Below, piece after piece: positions 1 through 10,488 of a stretch of 64,000 nucleotides of DNA. The position numbers and the translations under genes were made by a program. The notes below the pieces were generated by a model. That model was not told the DNA's origin. It saw nothing but the letters and a program-made list of their open reading frames with translations, and did no database searches. The stretch's first letter is position 1. Each line of letters starts with the position of its first letter. The stretch comes from an uncultured Gammaproteobacteria bacterium (GTDB taxonomy: Bacteria > Patescibacteriota > Patescibacteriia > Magasanikbacterales > GWA2-37-8), in NCBI GenBank assembly GCA_964641245.1, contig CAZXML010000001.1, positions 127,959 through 191,958 of the forward strand. The letters run 5' to 3'.

Positions 1-3000
1 CAAAAATTGGCCGTCGATACAATTGACGGGCCTGTTTTGGTAATTGCGGGCCCCGGTTCCGGAAAAACCGAATTGTTAAGCATGCGGGTGGCGAATATTT
101 TAAAAAAAAGTGATGTGTATCCGTCGAATATTTTGTGCCTAACATTTACGGACAGCGCCGCCAAAAATATGAACGACAGACTTTCCGCTTTAATCGGAAT
201 TGACGCTCACAGAATATCTGTTCATACATTTCACAGTTTCGCCCTAAACATTAAAGATCGTTTTCAGGAAAATTTTTACGATGCCAGAAAAATGAATCCG
301 GCGGACGAGTTAATCCAAATAGAAACATTATCCGCCATCCTTTCCGCGCTCCCGTTGTCGGATGCCTTAAGTAAAAAAGGTCCGGACGGCGTTTATATTT
401 ATTTAAACAGTCTAAAAGACAGGATTGGAAAATTAAAAAAAGCCGGTATAACGCCGGATGAATATCAAAAAATTCTACAAACCAATTCTACGTGCTACAC
501 GGAAATTGAAAAAATAATTATTCCGGTATTTCAGGAAAGAATATCTAAAGGCATGCGCGATGAGCTGCCAAAAATAATAACCAAGTTGGGCGCCATTAAA
601 ACGCAGGGAACTCCGATTGAACATAGTAGTCTGTTGGATTACAAGGACTTAATAATAGAATCACTTACTTTTGCTTATGAAAAAGCCGTTGAGGAAGACG
701 GTACAAAAGCACTAACTGCCTGGAAGGATGAATGGTTAAAAAAAGACCCGGACACAAAGGAACTGCGCCTTAAAGACACGCATCAGCTGGAGCGAAACAC
801 ATCTCTGGCCGGCGTTTACGCGCTATATCAGGAAAAAATAGTAATGGCCGGATATGTGGATTTTGACGATATGATTATGGATCTTAACCGTGTATTGGGC
901 GATAAAAAGGGGATACTAAGCCAGCTTCAGGAACAATTCCAGTATATTCTGGTGGATGAATTTCAGGATACGAACGACGCGCAAATGAGAATTGTAAACC
1001 TTCTCGCGGATAATCCGGTCAATGAAGGTAAACCAAACATAATGGTTGTCGGAGATGATGATCAGGCGGTATACAAATTTCAGGGAGCGGAAATCAATAA
1101 TATTTTGCAATTTAAAAAGCAATATCCGGAAACTAAAATAATAACTCTTTCCAAAAATTACCGTTCCACAAAAGCGATTGTAGATTTTTCACAATTAATT
1201 ATTTCGCAGGGCGATGTCCGGCTCACAAATCAAATTAAGGAAATTGAAAAAAAATTAGAAGCCGCCAATCCGGACATTGCCGAGGGCGCCATTGTGGCCC
1301 ATACTTTTGACACGGCCCTGCATGAATATGCCTACATAGCGAACGAGATTAAGAATAAAATTGATAATGGCGTAAATCCGGATGATATTGCCGTTATCGC
1401 CAGAAATCACAGGCATTTGGAAATAGTGTCTAATTATCTGGAAGCGGAAAATATACCGGTTAGATATGAAAAGCAAAGAAACGTTTTGGATGAATCTCAA
1501 ATTCAACAGCTGATACTGCTGTCCCGTTTGGTAGAATCAATTTCTAATCAAAACATTAAACATCAGAATGATTTATTGCCACGGGTGTTATCGTTTCCTT
1601 TTTGGGAAATAGAGCGTGAAACAATTTGGCAATTGTCTATTGATGCTGGTAAAACAGTTAGAGATGATAAGGGGGGGCGCTGGATTGACACCATGCTTTC
1701 CGGAGATAATACTCATCTGAAGAATATTGCCGGCTGGCTTATATCAGTCGCGGGCGACGCGCAAACAAACACGCTGGATTTTCTGTTTGATAAACTAATC
1801 GGTCCGGCCGAAGATACGGAATCTTTTACGTCCCCGTTTCGGCGTTTTTATTTCAGCAAAGACAAATACGAAACAGACCCCAGAACTTATCTGCAGTTTT
1901 TATCCAGTTTAAATACATTCAAAAATACGGTTACTACGTATAGCGCTAGAACAAATTCAGCCCGTTTATCCGGTTTAGTAGAATGCGTTGCTGTCTACGA
2001 AAAAAACAACCTGGCAATTACCGATACCAGCCCTTATTTAAGCGGCGCCAACGCAGTTTCTCTTTTAACAGCGCATAAAGCGAAGGGGTCGGAATTTGAC
2101 ACCGTCTTTGTTGTAAATTGCCAAAACGATGTCTGGGCAAAATCACAAAACCGGGACACAATCGCATTCCCCAAAAACCTGCCGATTGATCCTTCCGGTG
2201 ATACTCTGGATGATTTTTTGCGTATTTTCTTTGTGGCTTTAACCAGAGCAAAAAGACATCTGTATGTCACCAGTTATATTATGGAGGAGAGCGGCAAAGA
2301 TTCTCTGCAAATTCCTTTTTTGGAGCCGTCGCTTTTTTCCTCTTTTAATCATAAGATCGATTCCGCTCATCAAAAAATGGAACTGCTGCACACAATAAAA
2401 ACTCTGGAAAAAATCATTCTGCCAAATGTCGGACCGATTGCCGTAGACGAACGCGTCATTCTTCAGCCCCTGCTCGATAATTATATAATGAGCGTCACGC
2501 ACCTGAACAATTTTCTTGATGTAAAAAAAGGCGGACCGCACCATTTCTTTGAACAGAATTTTTTACGTTTCCCCCAGGCAAAGTCGGTCAGCATGTCTTA
2601 CGGCACGGCCATGCACGAAACAGTCCAGGAAATCTATAACCAATTAAAGAGCGAGGGAAAAATTCCGTCATTATTAAAAGTACGGGAAATTTTCCATGAA
2701 AAATTAAAACACGAACCGATGGACGGACAGGAATTTGAAAAATATCTTGAGCAGGGCAATAAAACATGGAAAGTATACATGGAAAAAGCAGGGGGCCGTT
2801 TTAATAAATCTCACCGGATAGAAACTGATTTTAAAACACAACGTGTCATGGTTGAGAACGTTCAAATTACCGGTAAAATAGACAAGATAATTCCGAATGA
2901 GCAGGATAAGATATTTGAGGTTTATGATTTTAAAACCGGTAAATATCAAAGAAACTGGGAGGGTAAGGACGCAAGCAATAAAATTCAGCTTCATAATTAT

Positions 3001-3285
3001 AAAAGACAGCTTGTATTTTACAAGCTTTTGGTGGAAAGTTCGCGGGATTACAATAAATACACGGTAAATAACGGTTATCTGGAATTTTTGACACCGACCA
3101 CCGACGAGGAAATGATTATTTTACCGTACGCAATTACGACGGATGATGTAGAACGGTTAAAAAAATTAGTAGTAGCCGTTTATGGCAAAATACAAAATCT
3201 AGATTTTCCGGATATAAATAAGTATGAACAAACTCTAGACGGCATTCTGCAATTTGAGGATGATTTAATAAACGGCGCAGTTTAA
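1..3285 (+). CDS. UvrD/PcrA-family ATP-dependent DNA helicase with C-terminal PD-(D/E)xK nuclease domain (5' end probably outside the window)
   Basis: Walker A AGPGSGKT, CLTFT, TFHSF, LVDEFQDTN, VGDDDQAVYKFQGA, NYRS, TAHKAKGSEF and FVALTRAK; C-terminal GKIDKI...VYDFKTG nuclease motif. The frame is open from base 1. Confidence 0.92.
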   Translation, partial: QKLAVDTIDGPVLVIAGPGSGKTELLSMRVANILKKSDVYPSNILCLTFTDSAAKNMNDRLSALIGIDAHRISVHTFHSFALNIKDRFQENFYDARKMNPADELIQIETLSAILSALPLSDALSKKGPDGVYIYLNSLKDRIGKLKKAGITPDEYQKILQTNSTCYTEIEKIIIPVFQERISKGMRDELPKIITKLGAIKTQGTPIEHSSLLDYKDLIIESLTFAYEKAVEEDGTKALTAWKDEWLKKDPDTKELRLKDTHQLERNTSLAGVYALYQEKIVMAGYVDFDDMIMDLNRVLGDKKGILSQLQEQFQYILVDEFQDTNDAQMRIVNLLADNPVNEGKPNIMVVGDDDQAVYKFQGAEINNILQFKKQYPETKIITLSKNYRSTKAIVDFSQLIISQGDVRLTNQIKEIEKKLEAANPDIAEGAIVAHTFDTALHEYAYIANEIKNKIDNGVNPDDIAVIARNHRHLEIVSNYLEAENIPVRYEKQRNVLDESQIQQLILLSRLVESISNQNIKHQNDLLPRVLSFPFWEIERETIWQLSIDAGKTVRDDKGGRWIDTMLSGDNTHLKNIAGWLISVAGDAQTNTLDFLFDKLIGPAEDTESFTSPFRRFYFSKDKYETDPRTYLQFLSSLNTFKNTVTTYSARTNSARLSGLVECVAVYEKNNLAITDTSPYLSGANAVSLLTAHKAKGSEFDTVFVVNCQNDVWAKSQNRDTIAFPKNLPIDPSGDTLDDFLRIFFVALTRAKRHLYVTSYIMEESGKDSLQIPFLEPSLFSSFNHKIDSAHQKMELLHTIKTLEKIILPNVGPIAVDERVILQPLLDNYIMSVTHLNNFLDVKKGGPHHFFEQNFLRFPQAKSVSMSYGTAMHETVQEIYNQLKSEGKIPSLLKVREIFHEKLKHEPMDGQEFEKYLEQGNKTWKVYMEKAGGRFNKSHRIETDFKTQRVMVENVQITGKIDKIIPNEQDKIFEVYDFKTGKYQRNWEGKDASNKIQLHNYKRQLVFYKLLVESSRDYNKYTVNNGYLEFLTPTTDEEMIILPYAITTDDVERLKKLVVAVYGKIQNLDFPDINKYEQTLDGILQFEDDLINGAV

Positions 3286-3294
3286 TTTAAGCTT

Positions 3295-3594
3295 ATGTCA
3301 GTGCAATCTCTGGGAGAAATATTAAAAAAACAAATGAAACAGCCGGTGCAGGGCTGGAAGCATGTGGAAGCTTCCATGGTGGTGGAAAAAACAAATGAAG
3401 TTTTAAAAGAATTCTTTGGAGCGGAATCAACCAGATTCGCGCAAGCCGTATATTTTAAGGAGCGGACAATTACCATTACTTGTTTAAGTTCGGTTATGGC
3501 CCAGGAAATAAAACTGAATGAGAAAAAAATCATCTTGGCTTTAAACGATAAATTAGGCGGTCAAACAGTGGAAAAAGTACGGTATTTAGCGTAA
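3295..3594 (+). CDS. DUF721/DciA-family protein (putative replicative helicase loader)
   Basis: 99 aa with the SLGEIL...ITITCLSSVMAQEIKLNEKKIILALNDKLG...VEKVRY pattern typical of DUF721. Confidence 0.7.
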   Translation: MSVQSLGEILKKQMKQPVQGWKHVEASMVVEKTNEVLKEFFGAESTRFAQAVYFKERTITITCLSSVMAQEIKLNEKKIILALNDKLGGQTVEKVRYLA

Positions 3595-3603
3595 AAATAC
3601 CTA

Positions 3604-3632
3604 TTGCATAACCATGAAAAAAAGGCTAAGAT
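3604..3632 (+). promoter_or_regulatory. sigma70-like promoter of the membrane-protein/mreBCD-mrdA unit; near-leaderless transcript
   Basis: TTGCAT-17 bp-TAAGAT, ending 9 nt before ATG 3642. Confidence 0.5.
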
Positions 3633-3641
3633 ACTAGGACT

Positions 3642-4040
3642 ATGACTTTGCGCCAATATCTTGTTTTAATGTCCATAGGGGCGGTCGTCTGCTGGTTAGC
3701 ATGGTTTTTTGTGTTAGGAAGCGTAGATCCATCCCAGTCCGGAATTTTTGGCTTCATATTTTTTTATACCAGCTTATTTCTGGCGCTGGCCGGAACTTTT
3801 TCCGTTATCGGTTTTCTGGTAAAAAAAATCGTTTTGAAAAATGATCAGATTGTTTTTCACCACGTTAAAAGCACATTCAGACAAAGCATGCTGACGGCCG
3901 GAGTAATTATTTTTGGCCTAATTTTACTCCAAATTAAACTGCTGGCGTGGTGGAACGCAATTTTACTGCTGTTGCTTTTCGCGGCCATAGAGGCTGTCGT
4001 CTTTACAAATCGAAAATTCAGTAACGGGAAGTTTATTTAA
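3642..4040 (+). CDS. hypothetical membrane protein (about 4 TM segments)
   Basis: 132-aa ORF with four hydrophobic stretches, co-directional with its neighbours. Confidence 0.75.
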   Translation: MTLRQYLVLMSIGAVVCWLAWFFVLGSVDPSQSGIFGFIFFYTSLFLALAGTFSVIGFLVKKIVLKNDQIVFHHVKSTFRQSMLTAGVIIFGLILLQIKLLAWWNAILLLLLFAAIEAVVFTNRKFSNGKFI

Positions 4041-4041
4041 G

Positions 4042-4070
4042 CGTCGCGTTTCAAAGGACGCTACGCGACG
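4042..4070. repeat. GC-rich intergenic hairpin
   Basis: CGTCGCGT (4042-4049) and ACGCGACG (4063-4070) form a perfect 8-bp stem with no U-tract. Confidence 0.6.
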
Positions 4071-4087
4071 TGATTTCGTTAAATCAT

Positions 4088-5137
4088 ATGTTTGAGAACC
4101 TGCTGGGAAAACTGAGAAAAGATATTGGTATAGATTTGGGTACGGCAAATACTCTTGTTTATGTTAAAGGACGCGGAATAATTATTAATGAACCAAGCGT
4201 GGTGGCCGTTAACACCAAGACCGAACAAATTCTTGCTGTCGGTAATGAGGCCAAAGAAATGCTCGGCAAAACCCCGCCTCATATTCTTACTACCCGTCCG
4301 CTCATCAGTGGTATTATTTCCGACTTCGAAGTTACGGAAAAAATGCTTAAATATTTTATTGACAAGGTTTATGAAGACAGTATGAATTTTATGACCCGCC
4401 CCAGAGTGGTGGTTGGCGCGCCGCTGGAAATTACCGAGGTAGAACTTAAAGCTATTAACGACGCGGTTATTAACGCTGGCGCCCGGGAAGTAATTGTGGT
4501 TCAGGAACCAATGGCCGCGGCTATCGGCGCCCGCATGCCAATACGCGAACCGGTCGGAAGTTTTATCGTGGAAATTGGCGGCGGGACTTCCGAAATTGCC
4601 GTTATCTCTTTAAGCGGCATAGTTACATGGCGTTCCATTCCGGTTGCCGGAGACGAACTCAACCGTAATATTATACAATATGCCCGGGACAATTTTAATC
4701 TGTTGTTGGGAGAAAAACAGGCGGAAGAAATCAAAATTAAAATTGGATCGGCCATAGAGCTACATGAACCAATGCACTTCCCAATGCGCGGCCGCGATCT
4801 TGTTTCCGGACTGCCTAAAGAAATTATGATTAATGATTCACAGGTTAGAGAAGCTATTACAAAATCACTACGGACCATCATAGAAAATATAAAAGGCACT
4901 CTGGAAATTACACCGCCAGAATTGGTCGCCGATATTCACGAAAGGGGAATAGTGCTTTCCGGCGGTGGCGCTCTTTTGCGCGGTTTCGACCAACTAATTG
5001 CCCGCGCCATCGAAATTCCGGTTCGCATTGCCGACGATCCGTTAACTTCCGTGGTTAGAGGAACAGGCCTGCTTCTGGATGACGATGAACTTCTTAAAGA
5101 AATCGCTGTTAAAACTCAAAATCAAGGATCTTCCTAG
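4088..5137 (+). CDS. mreB: rod shape-determining protein MreB
   Basis: DIGIDLGTANT, EPSVVA, EPMAAAIGA, EIGGGTSE, SGGGALL. ATG 4088 preferred over GTG 4070. Confidence 0.97.
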   Translation: MFENLLGKLRKDIGIDLGTANTLVYVKGRGIIINEPSVVAVNTKTEQILAVGNEAKEMLGKTPPHILTTRPLISGIISDFEVTEKMLKYFIDKVYEDSMNFMTRPRVVVGAPLEITEVELKAINDAVINAGAREVIVVQEPMAAAIGARMPIREPVGSFIVEIGGGTSEIAVISLSGIVTWRSIPVAGDELNRNIIQYARDNFNLLLGEKQAEEIKIKIGSAIELHEPMHFPMRGRDLVSGLPKEIMINDSQVREAITKSLRTIIENIKGTLEITPPELVADIHERGIVLSGGGALLRGFDQLIARAIEIPVRIADDPLTSVVRGTGLLLDDDELLKEIAVKTQNQGSS

Positions 5138-5146
5138 TAAATTACT

Positions 5147-5947
5147 ATGCTTCGTTTTAAGGCAAAAAATTACTTTTTTTTAGGATTTATATTCGTGTTG
5201 CTTATTTTTTTCCATTATTTTGGGTGGCTTGGCGCGCTGGAACACGGTGTACGTTCTTTAATAATTCCTATTTCCACCAAAATAACACAATGGCGCTTGT
5301 CTTCACAGGATTCTTACAATTATTTTGCCAATCAAAAAAATCTGGTTGGTCAATACAATAAATGTCTCAGTGAAGATCAGGACTCGGATGTAGCCGACGC
5401 AAGAATAAAGGATCTGGAAAAAGAAAACAATGAAATCAGAAAACAACTGAATTTTTTTCATCGCCGAAATTTTACGGCTGTAGGCGCTGACATCGTTGGC
5501 CAAAGCTCCAACAGCGCGGAAAAAATGGTAATAATTGATGCGGGTAGTAGCGCGGGAATAAAACTTGGTCAACCGGTTGTCGCCAGAGACGGAATTCTGG
5601 TAGGCACAATTGCCAAGGTTGAAAGAGATATCGCCATGGTGCGTTTAATAAATGACAACCAGAGCAAAATAGCGGCCACAATTTTAAATAAAGACGGCAG
5701 TTTGGGTGTAGTGGAGGGTGGTTATGGTTTAAGTGTACGAATGAATTTCATACCAAGAAATGAAACAGTGCTTATCGGTGATAAAATTATTACCTCCGGT
5801 TTGGAACAGGCAATTCCGCGCGGTTTGCTGATTGGTGAAGTTGCGGTTGCCGAAAATGAGGCCTACCAGCCGTTTCAACAGGCGGTCCTCACCACCGCCA
5901 TCGACCTCTACAAACTCACTATTGTCAGCGTTCTGATTTCCAACTAA
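5147..5947 (+). CDS. mreC: rod shape-determining protein MreC
   Basis: N-terminal TM, coiled coil, IDAGSSAGIK, GDKIITSGL...PRGLLIG; follows mreB. Confidence 0.93.
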   Translation: MLRFKAKNYFFLGFIFVLLIFFHYFGWLGALEHGVRSLIIPISTKITQWRLSSQDSYNYFANQKNLVGQYNKCLSEDQDSDVADARIKDLEKENNEIRKQLNFFHRRNFTAVGADIVGQSSNSAEKMVIIDAGSSAGIKLGQPVVARDGILVGTIAKVERDIAMVRLINDNQSKIAATILNKDGSLGVVEGGYGLSVRMNFIPRNETVLIGDKIITSGLEQAIPRGLLIGEVAVAENEAYQPFQQAVLTTAIDLYKLTIVSVLISN

Positions 5948-5958
5948 CCCTTCCGCCT

Positions 5959-6504
5959 ATGTTGCAACTATTCTGGAGAACGCTGCGCTTTATTTTCATT
6001 ATCTTCGCAATCTTAATAACGCATGTTTTTGTAATTAATTTTTTACCTTCCCCTTTTAATCATATAAATATTACTTTTTCCTTATTGCTGCTGTTTTTAA
6101 CAGCCAACTCAGATAGAAAAATAATCTGGCTCGGTTTAATTGTTTCTTATTTATCGGAGCTGTTCAGCGGCGCGCCATTTGGAATTGGCATGGCGTCCAC
6201 CATTATCAGTCTTCTGGTAATTAACTGGTTTCAGCTTAATATTCTAACAAACCGGTCCGGATATATGGTGTTTTTATCGTTGTTTTTTGGTGTCACTTTG
6301 TATAGAGCTATATTTATCCTGTTTCTGACAGTTAATAATTATTTTTCCCACCAGGAACCGCTTTCATACCGGGAAATCATAACGATTGCCGGCTGGGAAA
6401 TTCTCCTGTCATCCGTAGTCGTATTTATACTGTATTTCTTATACTCATTATTTTTAAAAAGTCTTAATCCGGCGCGTAAAAAGAGCGGAATGATATATGT
6501 CTAA
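5959..6504 (+). CDS. mreD: MreD-like membrane protein
   Basis: Polytopic hydrophobic protein lying between mreC and mrdA. Confidence 0.75.
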   Translation: MLQLFWRTLRFIFIIFAILITHVFVINFLPSPFNHINITFSLLLLFLTANSDRKIIWLGLIVSYLSELFSGAPFGIGMASTIISLLVINWFQLNILTNRSGYMVFLSLFFGVTLYRAIFILFLTVNNYFSHQEPLSYREIITIAGWEILLSSVVVFILYFLYSLFLKSLNPARKKSGMIYV

Positions 6505-8464
6505 TTTATTTAATATTTCAGAGGACAAAATAAATCACGGAAGTTTGGAGGGAAAATATAACCACAACTGGGTGGAGGAGTCTTTTAATTTTGAAGGTGA
6601 ATCCGGAAAGCAAATACCGATAGCGCAGACAAAAACATATCTTGGAACCAGCATAACAAGAAAGAAGATTTTTATATTAAGTCTGATGATAATCGCCGGA
6701 CTGACGGTTATGGCCGGTAGAACTTTTTATCTGCAAACAATTAAAGGGGACTACTACCGCGGTTTGGCCGAGGGTAACCGAATTCGTCTTCGCCCAATAT
6801 TTTCCGAACGGGGAATAATTTATGATAAATTTCACACAGAACTTGTTGAAAACGTGCCTAATTTTTCCTTAACTATGATTCCGCAGGATTTACCGCGCAA
6901 CCCCGAAGAACGCAGAGTCATTATTGATAAGGTTGTAAGCTTAAGCGGAGTTCCAAAAGAAAAAATAAATTCATTGCTAAAAAAATATAACACTTACAGC
7001 TACGCATCTTTGGTTATTAAGGAAAATCTAGATTACGAATCAGCTTTAAAATTATACATCCAGAGCTCGCAATTACCCGGCATTTCCATAGAAAAGGGGA
7101 GTAAGCGAAAATATATTACCGGCAATAGCTCTGCCACCAGCTCACTTAGCGTTTCGCACCTGCTGGGGTATTTGGCAAAACTTAACGATGAAGAAACACT
7201 GAAATTAAAAGACAACGGCTATTTACCGTTTGATAATATCGGAAAAACCGGTTTAGAAAAAACATATGAAGCGGAGTTGCGCGGAAAATACGGTATCAAA
7301 AAAGTAGAGGTTAATGCCACCGGCCACGAACAGTCTGTTTTGGCCGAGGAACCTCCTCAACCAGGGAAAAATCTGGTGCTGACATTGGATCTTGAAGCGC
7401 AAAAAAAACTGGAGGATCTGATAAGAGAAATGTTGGCCAGAACTCATAAAAAAAGAGCGGCCGCTATCGCTATGGACCCGAGGGACGGATCTATTTTAGC
7501 CATAGTCAGTTTACCGGCATTTGATAATAATGAATTCTCCGGCGGAATCAGCCAGCAAAATTATGATAAATATATCAATAATCCGGATAATCCGCTGTTT
7601 AACCGGGCGATTGGCGGCGCCTATCCGTCCGGTTCAACAATTAAGCTTGTTATTTCTGCGGCCGCATTACAGGAAAAAATAATAACCTCCCGCACGACTT
7701 TTTTAAGCAAGGGTGGATTGGAAATCGGCGACCGTTTTTTTAAAGATTGGAAAGTTGGCGGACACGGAATTACCAATGTTACCAAAGCCCTGGCCTGGTC
7801 GGTTAACACCTTTTATTATTATATCGGCGGTGGATATAAAGATTTTGTCGGTTTAGGGGTAGACAGAATTGTGAAATATATGCTATATTTTGGCATTTCC
7901 CAAAAAACCGGCATAGATTTGACCGGCGAAGCCGCGGGGTTCGCGCCCAGCAAGGATTGGAAATTAAAAACAAAAGGGGAGACATGGTTTGTCGGTGATA
8001 CCTACAATCTGGCAATCGGCCAGGGAGATTTACTGGTCACGCCTCTGCAGGTGGCTGTCTGGACGGCGGCGGTGGCAAACGGCGGCAATGTGGTTCAGCC
8101 TCATCTGGCAAACAAACTGGAGGAGCCAATAACCCACAAAGAAATTTCTTTAAATTTCAGTAAACGCGCAATTCCCGTATCACCGGAAAATCTGGCAATT
8201 GTCCGCCAGGGCATGAAAGACTGCGTATCCTACGGAAGCTGCCAAATGATGAAAAACCTGCCATTTGCCAGTGGCGGAAAAACCGGTACGGCTCAATGGA
8301 GCGCTACCAAGGAAAACCACGCCTGGTTCACCTCATTTGCGCCGTTTGATAGTCCAAAAATTGTGGTGACCGTATTAATTGAAGAGGGTAAAGAAGGCAG
8401 TGTGGTGGCCGAGCCGATTGCCCGTGATTTTCTGGCATGGTGGGGGGAAAAATACGCAAACTAG
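6497..8464 (+). CDS. mrdA: penicillin-binding protein 2
   Basis: RGIIYD, GKTGLE, SxxK (STIK), SxN (SVN), KTGT; part of the mre operon. Confidence 0.95.
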   Translation: MSNLFNISEDKINHGSLEGKYNHNWVEESFNFEGESGKQIPIAQTKTYLGTSITRKKIFILSLMIIAGLTVMAGRTFYLQTIKGDYYRGLAEGNRIRLRPIFSERGIIYDKFHTELVENVPNFSLTMIPQDLPRNPEERRVIIDKVVSLSGVPKEKINSLLKKYNTYSYASLVIKENLDYESALKLYIQSSQLPGISIEKGSKRKYITGNSSATSSLSVSHLLGYLAKLNDEETLKLKDNGYLPFDNIGKTGLEKTYEAELRGKYGIKKVEVNATGHEQSVLAEEPPQPGKNLVLTLDLEAQKKLEDLIREMLARTHKKRAAAIAMDPRDGSILAIVSLPAFDNNEFSGGISQQNYDKYINNPDNPLFNRAIGGAYPSGSTIKLVISAAALQEKIITSRTTFLSKGGLEIGDRFFKDWKVGGHGITNVTKALAWSVNTFYYYIGGGYKDFVGLGVDRIVKYMLYFGISQKTGIDLTGEAAGFAPSKDWKLKTKGETWFVGDTYNLAIGQGDLLVTPLQVAVWTAAVANGGNVVQPHLANKLEEPITHKEISLNFSKRAIPVSPENLAIVRQGMKDCVSYGSCQMMKNLPFASGGKTGTAQWSATKENHAWFTSFAPFDSPKIVVTVLIEEGKEGSVVAEPIARDFLAWWGEKYAN

Positions 8465-8538
8465 GACACAATTTCCTTGCTTTACTCACCACCTATAGTC
8501 GTGGTATAATTTTTTAGTCAGGAACTTAAAATATTGAT

Positions 8539-9009
8539 ATGTCTAATGATAAAATTCACTACGTTTCCGCTCAAGGATTAATAGATATGCAAAAAGAACT
8601 GGAGGAATTAAAAGATAAAAAGATCCCCCTTATCGCCAGTCTGATAGACGAGGCTAAACAACAGGGCGACTTGTCTGAAAACGCGGAATATGACCAGGCT
8701 AAAGAACAAATGGCCTGGGCGCAAGGACGTCTCCGTGAAATTCGTTACCTGCTGGATCACGCCGAGGTTGTTGAATCCGTTAAGAAAAATCAAGGGGTGG
8801 TAATCGTAGGAAGTGTGATTGTAATAAAAACCGGAAGCGCCACCAAAACCTATACTATTGTCGGCCATCACGAAGCCAATCCGCTAATCGGAAAAATATC
8901 TAACGAATCTCCCTTGGGCGAATCTTTTCTGGGGCATAAAGTTGGCGACAATGTTGAAGTAAGCACGCCTGCCGGTAAACAAACCTACGAGATTTTAGAA
9001 ATTAAATGA
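8539..9009 (+). CDS. greA: transcription elongation factor GreA
   Basis: GDLSENAEY, ISNESPLG. Confidence 0.96.
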   Translation: MSNDKIHYVSAQGLIDMQKELEELKDKKIPLIASLIDEAKQQGDLSENAEYDQAKEQMAWAQGRLREIRYLLDHAEVVESVKKNQGVVIVGSVIVIKTGSATKTYTIVGHHEANPLIGKISNESPLGESFLGHKVGDNVEVSTPAGKQTYEILEIK

Positions 9010-9013
9010 TAAT

Positions 9014-10474
9014 ATGTCAGATCAAATTCAAGAAGACAAAGTAAGGCTGGAACGCCTGGAACAAATGCGCGCTCTTGGAATGAATCCGTATCCGAGCCAT
9101 ACGGACAACAGAATTTCCTTAGAGGAGGCAAAAGCTAAACCGGAAAAAACACAGGTACAAATTGCCGGGCGTTTAATTTCCAAAAGAGAAATGGGTAAAA
9201 TTTGCTTTTCTCACTTAAAAGACGCAAGCGGTAAATTACAGCTGGCTTTTTCTGAGAAAGAACTGGGTAAAGAAAGCTACAAATTATTTACAAAATATTT
9301 TGATCTGGGAGATTTTATTCATGTAGACGGAGAAATTTTTGTAACACACAAAGGCGAATTAAGCGTACTGGTCAAAAACTATAAACTTCTGACTAAAACT
9401 CTTCTGCCGTTGCCGGAAAAATTTCACGGGCTGGCAGATATGGAAACCAGATACAGACAAAAATACTTAGACCTAATCGCCAATGAAGAATCAATGAAGA
9501 TTGCCAAAACCCGCAGTCTGGTTGTCCGTGAAATAAGAAAATATTTTGATTGCCAAGGGTTTTTTGAAGTTGAAACTCCGGTGTTGCAGTCGCTTTACGG
9601 CGGGGCTTCGGCCAAACCTTTTAAAACGCACCATAACGCCCTTAATATCCCGCTTTTTCTCCGCATAGCGCCGGAATTATACTTAAAACGCTTAATTGTG
9701 GGCGGGTTTGAAAAAGTGTATGAAATCGCAAAATGCTTTCGCAACGAAGGCATAGACAACAATCATAATCCGGAATTTACTCAAGTTGAGTTTTATTGGG
9801 CCTATGCCGATTATAACGACTTAATGAATTTAATTGAGGATTTTTTGCCAAAAATTATTCAGGCAGCCGGCTTGCCTCTCAAATTTAAATCCCAGAATCA
9901 GGATGTTGATTTTACGCCGCCATATCCGCGCAAAACCATGCGGGAATTAATTAAGGAATACGCCAAAATTGACATCAAAGAATGCCCGGATCAAAAATCA
10001 TTGTTTGCCAAAATAAAAAAATTAAATATTGAAGGAGTTGACGCAAAAACAGGGTACGGAAAAATGGTTGACGAAATTTATAAAACCTACGCGCGTCCAA
10101 AAATTATCAATCCGATTTTTATGATTGATCATCCGGTAGAACTTTCTCCGCTGGCCAAACGAAAAGCGGATAATCCTAAATATGTAGAGCGCATGCAGTT
10201 AGTCTGTGTGGGCGGTAACGAGTTGTGCAACGGCTTTTCCGAATTAAACGATCCGCTGGATCAGGAATCGAGATTTAAGGAACAGGAACATCTGCGCGCC
10301 GCCGGCGACGAAGAAAGCATGCCATACGACGACGACTATATTACCGCTCTTAAACACGGTATGCCTCCAACAGCCGGTTTAGGTATGGGCATAGACCGCC
10401 TGATAAAACTTCTGGTTGATGCGCCAAATTTGAAAGAGGTAATACTTTTTCCCATGTTAAAACCGGAAAAATAA
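9014..10474 (+). CDS. lysS: lysine--tRNA ligase (class II)
   Basis: OB-fold N-terminus, EVETP, GGASAKPF, LRIAPELYLKRL, FRNEG, GMPPTAGLGMGIDRL. Confidence 0.97.
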   Translation: MSDQIQEDKVRLERLEQMRALGMNPYPSHTDNRISLEEAKAKPEKTQVQIAGRLISKREMGKICFSHLKDASGKLQLAFSEKELGKESYKLFTKYFDLGDFIHVDGEIFVTHKGELSVLVKNYKLLTKTLLPLPEKFHGLADMETRYRQKYLDLIANEESMKIAKTRSLVVREIRKYFDCQGFFEVETPVLQSLYGGASAKPFKTHHNALNIPLFLRIAPELYLKRLIVGGFEKVYEIAKCFRNEGIDNNHNPEFTQVEFYWAYADYNDLMNLIEDFLPKIIQAAGLPLKFKSQNQDVDFTPPYPRKTMRELIKEYAKIDIKECPDQKSLFAKIKKLNIEGVDAKTGYGKMVDEIYKTYARPKIINPIFMIDHPVELSPLAKRKADNPKYVERMQLVCVGGNELCNGFSELNDPLDQESRFKEQEHLRAAGDEESMPYDDDYITALKHGMPPTAGLGMGIDRLIKLLVDAPNLKEVILFPMLKPEK

Positions 10475-10488
10475 AACTCAAAAGTCCT

